From Chromatiales bacterium (GTDB lineage Bacteria; Pseudomonadota; Gammaproteobacteria; Chromatiales; Chromatiaceae): DNA of 64,000 nucleotides. This document shows positions 40,952-48,182 of the stretch, piece by piece; the first letter of the stretch is position 1, and every line of letters starts with the position of its first letter. Under the pieces are notes generated by a model. It had not been told where the DNA came from. It did no database searches and saw only the letters and a program-made list of their open reading frames with translations. Location of the stretch: assembly GCA_050049775.1 (NCBI GenBank), contig JASFVP010000005.1, positions 32,896 to 96,895 of the forward strand, in the 5' to 3' direction. The position numbers were made by a program, and so were the translations under genes.

Positions 40952-42428
40952 AACTCTGCTTGCCGCTTTTTTCATTGCTGTTATCGCGCTGTTGTCCAGC
41001 GGTTGTGAGCGCCAGCCGGATGAGCAAACCCTGCAAAACGAAATTGCTGAACTGATCGAGCAGGATCTCGGCAAAGACCTGTTTGAAATCGTTTCGTTGC
41101 GCCGGCTGGGTAGCGCGTCATTCACGGACAAGCTGACCGGCGATCAGCGCAAGACGGTGTATTTCAATATGCAGCTGCGTTTTCGACAGGCCATCGACCT
41201 GACCGCCTGGGACAGCCTGAATGGCGCGTCCATTGCGTTTTTGCTTGGTGCGACGGAAAAGGGTATTGACGGCATTGCCGCCGGTGGCAACAAGGTCGGG
41301 GATGTGCTGCGTATTCACGGCAGCCGCGTGTATGCCTTGCGTCAGGGGCAGTGGCGACCCTTGCCAACCACGCGTCAACCGACCGATGCGGACAAGGCCG
41401 CCGAGACGCAGCGCCTGATTGCACGCATCGAGGAACTGGCGGAACGTTCGGCGGCACGTCGTGGCGGTACGGAACAGGCGATTATCGACAAGGAGCTCAG
41501 GCAGTCTCTGAAACGCATCGAGCGCGCACTCGATCAACAGGCCAGGATCTTCAGCGCCGCCAGTGGTCCGCTGCGTGGCGCCTATAACCGTTATATCCAG
41601 GCGTTGGCGGATAACCCGAAAAGCCTCGGTTTCCAGGTGCGTAACTATGCCACTCAGGGCAGTGTCGAGAATTGCCTGCTGGTGCAATCCGGTGCTGTTG
41701 ATGTGGCGATTGCGCAAAGCAACTTCACGGCCCAGGCGTTGGCCGGCAGCGACCTGTTCCGACAACATGGAGCATTAAGCGACCTTCGTGCGGTGACTGC
41801 CCTGTTTCCGGAATATGTCCAGATTGTGGTGTCCAGCAAATCCGGCATCGACAGTATTGAAGCATTGAAAGGCAAACGGGTTGATCTCGGCTTGCCCGAA
41901 TCCGGCAGTCGTGTTGATGCCTTACGTTTACTGGAAGCGGCAAAACTGAAACTGCCGGACTTCGCCGAAATACGCGAGGCCGGGCTGGATGCTTCGGTCA
42001 GCGCCATGCGTACCGGCGAGCTGGATGCGTTTTTCACCACCTTGCAGGCGCCTGGATATGCGTTACAGAATCTGCTGGCGCGTGGTGAAGCCAGGCTGTT
42101 GTCCGTGCCGCTACAGTTGCAACAGGAGATGCAACAGAAATACGGTGTCTACCGGCCGGCCGAGCTGGCGGCAAACACCTATCCCGGCCAGCGTGAGGCG
42201 ATCGGCACACTGGCTGTTACCGCAACCCTGATTGTGCGTGCTGATTTGCCGGATGCGCGGGTCGAACAATTACTCAATGGCCTGTTCAAATCGGTCGCCA
42301 CACTCGCCAGGGATAACCTGCGCATCACCTTGCTGTCCGCCCGGACCGCACGGGAGGGCATCACCATTCCCTTGCATGCTGCGGCAGAGCATTATTTTTC
42401 AGGTCTGGAAAAAGATAGGCAGGAGTGA
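40941..42428 (+). CDS. Lipoprotein with N-terminal unknown domain fused to a TAXI-family TRAP-type solute-binding domain
   Basis: Lipobox LLSSGC. The C-terminal ~300 aa match the TAXI (TRAP-associated extracytoplasmic immunogenic) fold (NCLLVQSGAVDVAIAQSN...). Start overlaps the gltS stop by 11 nt. Confidence 0.7.
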   Translation: MVSRTLLAAFFIAVIALLSSGCERQPDEQTLQNEIAELIEQDLGKDLFEIVSLRRLGSASFTDKLTGDQRKTVYFNMQLRFRQAIDLTAWDSLNGASIAFLLGATEKGIDGIAAGGNKVGDVLRIHGSRVYALRQGQWRPLPTTRQPTDADKAAETQRLIARIEELAERSAARRGGTEQAIIDKELRQSLKRIERALDQQARIFSAASGPLRGAYNRYIQALADNPKSLGFQVRNYATQGSVENCLLVQSGAVDVAIAQSNFTAQALAGSDLFRQHGALSDLRAVTALFPEYVQIVVSSKSGIDSIEALKGKRVDLGLPESGSRVDALRLLEAAKLKLPDFAEIREAGLDASVSAMRTGELDAFFTTLQAPGYALQNLLARGEARLLSVPLQLQQEMQQKYGVYRPAELAANTYPGQREAIGTLAVTATLIVRADLPDARVEQLLNGLFKSVATLARDNLRITLLSARTAREGITIPLHAAAEHYFSGLEKDRQE

Positions 42429-42653
42429 GGGTGTGGATATTGCAATGCTGCAGATATTTGCGTGGTCTTCTCTCAGGACACAGTGTGTGCTCAGAGAAAA
42501 CCACGCCTTGCGCAGTACCTGCTTGTCCCGGCGGCGTTCGGCTTTTTTGGATTTGCCATGTACGCCACCTTTGCCAAGCAGTGGGTGGTTGTGTAACAGG
42601 TTTCTCTGTTTGGGTTGTTTTGTTTTCATCATCATTTCCTCGTTGTTGAAAAT

Positions 42654-42679
42654 AAGTGGGCCGGAGCCCCGGCCCACTT
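42654..42679 (-). terminator. Hairpin terminator at the 3' end of rtcB
   Basis: Perfect AAGTGGGCCGG-AGCC-CCGGCCCACTT stem-loop overlapping the rtcB stop, followed on the minus-strand transcript by AUUUUCAAC. Confidence 0.55.
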
Positions 42680-43877
42680 AACCTTTGATGCACACTACCT
42701 GTTTCAGGCTGTGTACGACTTCGACCAGATCGGTCTGGTTTGCCATTACCGTATCGATATCCTTATAGGCGCCCGGGATCTCATCGATGACCCCTTTGTC
42801 CTTACGGCATTCGACACCCTGTGTCTGGTTTTCCAGGTCGGACTGGTCAAACAGCTTCTTGGCTTTGGTCCTGGACATGACCCGTCCGGCACCATGCGAG
42901 CAGGAGCAGAATGAATCCGCGTTGCCCTTGCCACGCACAATGTAGGAGCGGGCGCCCATGGAGCCTGGGATAATGCCAAGTTCACCTTCACCCGCACGGA
43001 TGGCACCTTTACGTGTGACATAGACATCAGCGCCAAAGTGGTGTTCGCGTGCCACGTAGTTGTGGTGGCAGTTGATCGCTTCTTTGGTGATGCTGAATGT
43101 CGGCAGGTAACGTGCCAGCGCATCCAGGATCAGACGCATCATTTCACGCCGGTTGGTCATGGCGTAGTCCTGTGCCCAGCCGACGGCTTCGACATAGTCA
43201 TCGAAGTACTGTGCACCTTCAGTGAAGTACGCCAGGTCTTTATCAGGCAGGTAGCCGAGCTGGTCTCCCATGTCGTGCTTGGCCAGGTTGATAAAGTAAC
43301 GTCCGATGACATTGCCGATGCCACGTGAGCCCGAGTGCAGCATGACCCAGACGGCATCGTTTTCATCGAGACAGATTTCGATGAAATGGTTGCCGCCACC
43401 CAGCGATGCCAGTTGCCGTATCCAGGTTTCGTAAGAGCGCTGACGCTGCATCTTGCGAATACCCGGGTGCTTGTCGTAAATCACCTCCAGCGTTTTGGCC
43501 AGTGGGGTGATGGTGGAACGCTTGACCGGGTCCTGACGGTGCATGTCAAAGCCGACCGGAATGGCCTGCTCGATGCGACTACGCAGTTGCCTCAGGCTGT
43601 CCGGCAGTTGCGCGGCGGTCAGTGAAGTCCGAATGGCATTCATGCCACAGCCGATGTCGACACCGACGGCCGCCGGCACGATGGCACCCCGGGTCGGGAT
43701 TACCGAACCCACGGTGGCACCGATACCGGCATGCACGTCCGGCATGGCGGCAACGTGATGATGCACAAACGGCATCTGTGAAACATTTGCCAGTTGGTCC
43801 AGCGCCTTGGACTGGGTGTCTGTCGTCCAGATATGGACCGGCACCTTGCCCTTGTTGAGGGTTTGTAGAATAGGCAT
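42678..43877 (-). CDS. rtcB: RtcB-family RNA 3'-phosphate/5'-OH ligase
   Basis: 399 aa; metal-ligand His/Cys motifs of RtcB (HNYV, GSRG, HGAGR) and the HFIEI...LHSGSRGIG region. Confidence 0.85.
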   Translation of the reverse strand: MPILQTLNKGKVPVHIWTTDTQSKALDQLANVSQMPFVHHHVAAMPDVHAGIGATVGSVIPTRGAIVPAAVGVDIGCGMNAIRTSLTAAQLPDSLRQLRSRIEQAIPVGFDMHRQDPVKRSTITPLAKTLEVIYDKHPGIRKMQRQRSYETWIRQLASLGGGNHFIEICLDENDAVWVMLHSGSRGIGNVIGRYFINLAKHDMGDQLGYLPDKDLAYFTEGAQYFDDYVEAVGWAQDYAMTNRREMMRLILDALARYLPTFSITKEAINCHHNYVAREHHFGADVYVTRKGAIRAGEGELGIIPGSMGARSYIVRGKGNADSFCSCSHGAGRVMSRTKAKKLFDQSDLENQTQGVECRKDKGVIDEIPGAYKDIDTVMANQTDLVEVVHSLKQVVCIKG

Positions 43878-43887
43878 AGTGAATTCC

Positions 43888-44838
43888 TTATTGCAATGTT
43901 AGTTGATAAAAGTGTGGTGCAAGCTTTGCACGCCGCAGTCGTTTGTGTGTACGTTTGTTGTTGAGAAAACCGGGCATGCTGTCGGTCTCATCAAAACAAA
44001 ACTGCCGTGGCAGGCGAGTGTATAAAGATCTGGGCGGCCCATACTCACGGTTGATACGTTTCAGGCAGTTGCCGGTTTCCCAGCTGTGGTACCAGAGACG
44101 GTCGATGCCCAGTTCATGCCGCACAAAATCAATGACGGCCGACAGCATGGCCTGGCTCCAGTCTTTCAGCAGCGGTTCGACAAACTGCAGATAGGCTTTT
44201 GCCTGCTTTACCGTTGTGTCGTAGCGGCAGCTGAGAATGTTGGCGTCATTATCCTTGTAGTACGTTAGTCGACGCTGTAAGCGGGCGACATCCCTGACCC
44301 AGTCACTCTGGATTTCCTCGACCAATACCTCATCGTTGTCGAGATCGACATCCAGCCGTGCCCAGGCCAGGGTTTCACGGTAGTAGTGCCGCTCACCACG
44401 CCGTAACTGCGGATGACCGCCGTAATTAAACACACCATCGCGCTTTGGCTTGATGGATGTGCTCAGTATGTGATCATGCTGATGATTGAAGTTAAGGTGC
44501 AACACCAGGTTGTAACCGGGTCTTGATGTCTGGGTGTAACGGCCGGATTTACTTCCCCAGAGACCGGCGGTGACCAGGTAGGTAACGCCGGGTTCCAGCC
44601 AGTACTGGCTGAACAGATCCGGATCAATGCGGCCATTGCCGCAGTTGTGTATTAACTGCTTGATGCCCGGCCTGTCCAGCAGCTTGCCGAAGCCGGATGT
44701 TTTGATGTCGCGAATACTGCTATAGCGTTGCGTGGCCAGCTGCAGCAATTGCGCCGCATAACGATCACGGCAATAGCCGTAAAGACTGCGCTCTTTAGGC
44801 AGACAGTCGAGTAACTCCTGTGCATAGTGTAGTTCCAT
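43888..44838 (-). CDS. Hypothetical protein (316 aa), co-operonic with rtcB; contains a K-x-D-G motif
   Basis: 10-bp gap to rtcB. No family recognised by eye. SIKPKRDGVF resembles nucleotidyltransferase/ligase motif I (KxDG); this is speculative. Confidence 0.5.
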   Translation of the reverse strand: MELHYAQELLDCLPKERSLYGYCRDRYAAQLLQLATQRYSSIRDIKTSGFGKLLDRPGIKQLIHNCGNGRIDPDLFSQYWLEPGVTYLVTAGLWGSKSGRYTQTSRPGYNLVLHLNFNHQHDHILSTSIKPKRDGVFNYGGHPQLRRGERHYYRETLAWARLDVDLDNDEVLVEEIQSDWVRDVARLQRRLTYYKDNDANILSCRYDTTVKQAKAYLQFVEPLLKDWSQAMLSAVIDFVRHELGIDRLWYHSWETGNCLKRINREYGPPRSLYTRLPRQFCFDETDSMPGFLNNKRTHKRLRRAKLAPHFYQLTLQ

Positions 44839-44972
44839 GTTTTCTCTCCATTGAAATAGAGACGATGAATTGAATAAATAGTCTGTTGTTGTTTGTGTCA
44901 GGCATAAGCCCTCCTGTATGAATCTGAAATGCCCGGCCTTCAGGCCGGGCGGTTAGGTTGATGTTGCCCGAG

Positions 44973-46115
44973 TCAGGCATTGATCCTGATGGTGTCCTTA
45001 AGCACGCCATCGAGACCGCCGAAGACAGTCAGACGATCCACCTTGTCGGTTACCTTTTCGAGTGTTTCCAGCTCTTTCAGGCGTAGCAGGGTGGGGTTGT
45101 CGTCCATCAGTTTGGCGGTGTTCAGCAGCGAACGGGTCGCGGCGGTTTCTTCACGCCGCTTGATGACATTGGCCTGGGCAGCTTTTTCTGCCTGCACCAC
45201 CTGGTTGAGAATATCCTTCATCTCACCGGGCAGGATAATGTCCTTAAGACCGACACTGCTCAGCACAAAGCCATGCTCGGAGGCGTTGGCCGCAACCTGG
45301 TCAAACACCTCGCGGTCTACGTGCTGCTTGTCTTCCAGCAGCTTGTCCAGGTTACGGGTACCGACGGACTGCCGCAGCGCAAACTGCAGCTCGCGGTAAA
45401 TCCAGTCCAGCGGCTTCTGCAGTTGTGCACGTGCTTTCACCGGGTCCTGCACCTGGTACTGGGCCGCCAGATTCAGCCGCAGCGAGACCTTGTCACGGGT
45501 CAGGATTTCCTGGCCCTGGACTTCCATCGCCTGGATACGGGTATCCAGCTGCTCTACGCAGACGTGCCGTTTTACCGACCAGAAGGCGTGGAAGCCCGGT
45601 TTCAGGGTCTGCACCAGCTCACCATCCACCAGCAGCAGGCCAACGAAGTGATCCATGACTTCAGTGCTGTAGACATAAGGCGACAGCTCACGGGCCACAG
45701 CACCACCGTTGCCACGGAACACGGCATCCGACAGCGCTGCAGGTAGCTGCAGCTCATGCTGGATATCGATGCGATCCACACGCAGACGGTAAGGCACTTT
45801 CCAGTAAACCTTGTGCTGACCGGGCGCCAGCAGCTCAATGAAGCTCTCGTCACGGTAAACCAGGCCGATCTGGTTATCCGCCATGATGACGGTTTCCAGG
45901 TGTGCCTCAAGCAGTTTGCCGGCTGACTTCATCAGGACTTCGGCGTTACGGTTGCTGCAGACCGCCTGGCCCAGGTCGTGCAGCTCAGGCTGAATACGGC
46001 CCAGCGGGTCAAAATAACGGTAGACGCCGGGCTCCAGCACCCTGGTGAGCTGACGATCCCGAAACAGCAAACCGCGCTCGTGCTGGGCCACAACGATGCG
46101 CTTGTAACCAAACAT
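44973..46115 (-). CDS. SPFH/band-7 (stomatin/flotillin/HflKC-like) domain protein
   Basis: 380 aa; SPFH core and a C-terminal coiled-coil region (KAAQANVIKRREETAATRSLLNTAKLMD...) typical of band-7 proteins; no TM anchor seen. Confidence 0.75.
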   Translation of the reverse strand: MFGYKRIVVAQHERGLLFRDRQLTRVLEPGVYRYFDPLGRIQPELHDLGQAVCSNRNAEVLMKSAGKLLEAHLETVIMADNQIGLVYRDESFIELLAPGQHKVYWKVPYRLRVDRIDIQHELQLPAALSDAVFRGNGGAVARELSPYVYSTEVMDHFVGLLLVDGELVQTLKPGFHAFWSVKRHVCVEQLDTRIQAMEVQGQEILTRDKVSLRLNLAAQYQVQDPVKARAQLQKPLDWIYRELQFALRQSVGTRNLDKLLEDKQHVDREVFDQVAANASEHGFVLSSVGLKDIILPGEMKDILNQVVQAEKAAQANVIKRREETAATRSLLNTAKLMDDNPTLLRLKELETLEKVTDKVDRLTVFGGLDGVLKDTIRINA

Positions 46116-46198
46116 GTTTTTTCTCCTTTTGTTGTTAATTGATTCAAAGTCACAGATAGGGGATCAGAAAATCCCCTGGTTTTCGCTGGTATAAGCCA

Positions 46199-46351
46199 GC
46201 TCCCTCTCCCCTGAGGGAGAGGGTTGGGGTGAGGGTGTGTTCAGCGTTATTCAACCCTCACCCTGGCCCTCTCCCAAGCTTGGGAGAGGGGACAGTCAGC
46301 CGCATGTCGATCCATTCGGCTATTTGAAGCCACCGGCTCATAGCCGGTGGA
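46199..46351. repeat. GC-rich palindromic repeat, copy 4, with perfect tail hairpin
   Basis: Same core (GCTCCCTCTCCCCTGAGGGAGAGGG...CCCTCTCCCAAGCTTGGGAGAGGGGACAG) plus tail CCACCGGCTCATAGCCGGTGG. Preceded by a GGGGATCAGAAAATCCCC-TGGTTTT terminator-like hairpin. Confidence 0.7.
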
Positions 46352-46611
46352 ATGCGTACTGCCTTTGCGAAATACACTCTTGAGTGCACTTCGAAAAGGC
46401 GCAGCCTCACACGGAAAACGCGGACCTGGACGGTCTGTCGAAGCGGGCCGGACAGCGGTCACTGCACTCCGGTCTTCAGTCACATGGATAATCGGAGATG
46501 AGTGATGGCTGTTTGGCTGGCTGCGGCAGACAGCGCCGGGTGCGGGCATTAACTGTGCTGCAGGACGGCATGCGAAATTCCGTTTCCACAACCTGCAGAG
46601 GCTTTGCCAAG

Positions 46612-46730
46612 GGATATAACTGCGGATTCGAACCGCGGGCCGGTAGGCCTTAACCAAGTGAGGATAAGAGGATTTGAACCTCTGACAGATCGAACCAATG
46701 TCGATTGCTCTCCCAAACTGAGCTATATCC
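46612..46730 (-). pseudogene. Chimeric tRNA-like element, 119 nt, with two T-arms (pseudo-tRNA / att-site remnant?)
   Basis: Minus-strand read: GGATATA-TA-GCTCAGTTTGGGAGAGC-A-ATCGA-CATTGGT-TCGAT-CTGTC-AGAGGTTCAAATCCTCT-TATCCTCA, then a second T-arm GCGGTTCGAATCCGC-AG-TTATATCC. The 5' GGATATA pairs perfectly with the distal TATATCC, but only 5 of 7 with the proximal strand. Anticodon loop would read UUG with an atypical A33. Confidence 0.3.
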
Positions 46731-46915
46731 ATGGCGTCATCACAAATGATCAGGTGCGGTACACCAGATTGCAGGGCAACAGGGTGCCAGCGGGTTATAT
46801 CGAAACCCGGCCACGGTCACATGAACACTTATTGAAGACAAGACACACCCGCCAGGTATCGAACCCGGGCGGGTGAAATAAAGTTCACTACTGATGCTGA
46901 TACAGCAGCATAAAC

Positions 46916-47156
46916 TGGTGGGGACGGTGAGATTCGAACTCACAGGGAACTGGGTCCTGGGAACCCCTGATTAATTCTGGACGAAGCAGATTGAGCTCGA
47001 AAATATCCAGATTCAAGGCGTCAATCGCACGTAATAGCCCAGCTATTGCGAAGATTGATAACGCAGAAGCTGGGTATTTTAAGCACAAGATGCGAGTTCA
47101 TGAATTGGTCAGGGGTTCCCTAGGCCTGCCGCGTCTGCCAATTGCGCCACGTCCCC
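46916..47156 (-). ncRNA. Atypical ~240-nt tRNA-like RNA: tRNA-Leu-like acceptor/D-arm plus T-arm and encoded CCA, with the anticodon arm replaced by a 12-bp helix enclosing 139 nt
   Basis: 5' GGGGACG-UG-GCGCAAUUGGCAGACGCG matches a class-II tRNA-Leu 5' part. 3' GUGAGUUCGAAUCUCAC-CGUCCCC-A-CCA. The acceptor strands GGGGACG/CGUCCCC are perfectly complementary. Internal GGGAACCCCUGA...UCAGGGGUUCCC is a perfect 12-bp pairing. No tmRNA-type tag frame found. Confidence 0.4.
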
Positions 47157-47359
47157 GAAACAACTGGCTTCAATACAGCCTGATGCTGCGTGATCCGCTG
47201 GGCATGACAGATCGCCAGCAGAATTTTCGGATGTGCCCGGTTCATTGCGACTCCATGACGAAGGAACCAGCGCGCATTGGTGTGTGTGCCGCTGCGGCGT
47301 GCTACAGGCAGCTGCATATCCTGTATCGCGTTTTCAAACTTGATGCGTTCAGTCGTCAT
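47120..47359 (-). CDS. Hypothetical small protein (79 aa) with strong RBS
   Basis: ATG preceded by GAAGGAGGTAACC (AGGAGG, 5-nt spacer). Starts MTTERIKFENAIQDMQLPVARRSG. Its 3' end overlaps the tRNA-like RNA by 37 nt. The longer track ORF (TTG at 47515) would run through tRNA-Lys and is rejected. Confidence 0.3.
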   Translation of the reverse strand: MTTERIKFENAIQDMQLPVARRSGTHTNARWFLRHGVAMNRAHPKILLAICHAQRITQHQAVLKPVVSGTWRNWQTRQA

Positions 47360-47404
47360 GGTTACCTCCTTCTGGCAGTCGTAAAAAGTGACATGTTGAA
47401 AATG

Positions 47405-47480
47405 TGGCAGGTCACGCAGGATTCGAACCTGCACCTTTCGGCTTAAAAGGCCGATGTGCTTGCCATTACACCAGCGACCT
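47405..47480 (-). tRNA. tRNA-Lys (anticodon UUU), CCA encoded
   Basis: Cloverleaf fits the canonical model: acceptor AGGTCGC/GTGACCT (one G-U), D-arm GTGT/GCAC, anticodon stem TCGGC/GCCGA, loop CTTTTAA, T-arm GCAGGTTCGAATCCTGC identical to the E. coli tRNA-Lys T-arm, discriminator G, then CCA. Confidence 0.8.
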
Positions 47481-47488
47481 GAAAAGGG

Positions 47489-47590
47489 CTGACAGGGCCG
47501 GAATCGAACCGGCAAAAAACCGTGGCCGTCTCACAGAGTGATGCAGACTTGCAGTAATCCGGTTCCGCCAACCATGGCGTACCTGCCAAA
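47489..47590 (-). other. tRNA-like 3' element (T-arm GCCGGTTCGATTCCGGC, ~99-nt possible tRNA-Sec-like or degenerate tRNA), unresolved
   Basis: Canonical T-arm followed by CCTGTCA-G with no CCA. A possible 5' partner TGGCAGG lies 99 nt upstream and a 5-bp D-stem CGCCA-TGGT-TGGCG is present, but no convincing anticodon arm could be folded by eye. Confidence 0.3.
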
Positions 47591-48085
47591 TGATCCGGCC
47601 TGAACGACCGGAATCGGTGCGGCGGGAGTCCGGTAATCCATTCCCCCTGGCACTGCAACGCTGCGCTTACTCGTGATGTCAAACACTGGCTCGAACAGCG
47701 TTACTACCTCTTGTCCCTGGCGGTAACCGATCTGCTGGCAGCCATTTCCGGCCCGTAGCCGAAAACACGGGGATGAGGCTTGCCTGGTATTAGCCCCAGG
47801 CGGCCTGATGTTCATACCCTGCCGACTGCACTGACGGATCTCCGGCTCATCCTTCCCGCTGACCCGATAGGCGACTCAATCCGCAACCCTCGGGCACACA
47901 GGCGCGGCTGCGCAATAGCGCGCAGAGATATGTCATGCAAGACATGTCGCTCCGGCTAACGGCAGGTTATCCGGTTTGCAGGCACGACTTGCATGCTGGC
48001 CATAATCCACTTTTTGGATGCGGCCAAAGATTTGATTCCACATTGTTAAAGAGCATGCCGGAGCTTGCTCCGGCTGTCCGGGGCA

Positions 48086-48119
48086 ATAAAAAACCCCCGG
48101 GGTTTTCACCAACCGGGGG
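48086..48119 (-). terminator. Rho-independent terminator (minus strand) downstream of the 48183..48380 ORF
   Basis: CCCCCGG-GGTTTTCACCAA-CCGGGGG (7-bp stem) followed on the minus transcript by UUUUUUAUU. An adjacent GCCGGAGC-TT-GCTCCGGC hairpin lies at 48056-48073. Confidence 0.5.
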
Positions 48120-48182
48120 TTATGGCCTTCCGGAAAGTGTCAATTCTTAAAGACACCTTCCTGCAACAATGTGGAGAAGGCG

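Noticed and set aside
46916-47156. tmRNA (ssrA) interpretation of the 240-nt tRNA-like RNA
   Set aside because: The topology is tmRNA-like, but it lacks the conserved 5' GGGG...UUCGAC D-analogue (it has a full tRNA-Leu-type D-arm instead). All three internal frames were translated and none gives a resume codon or a tag ending in hydrophobic residues plus stop. 139 nt is too short for the pseudoknot array.
47120-47515. 131-aa ORF (TTG start at 47515) from the track
   Set aside because: It runs on the same strand straight through tRNA-Lys and a second T-arm element, so it cannot be coding over that span. Only its 3' 79-codon part with a strong RBS was kept, at low confidence.
47600-48000. RNase P RNA (rnpB), SRP RNA or tmRNA in the ORF-free GC segment
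   Set aside because: Hallmarks GGAAAGUCCGGGCUCC / ACAGAACCCGGCUUA (RNase P), the SRP domain IV motif and a tmRNA tag were searched by eye on both strands. Only weak partial resemblances were found (e.g. GGGAGUCCGG, CUCCGGCUAACGG), in inconsistent order. Not called.
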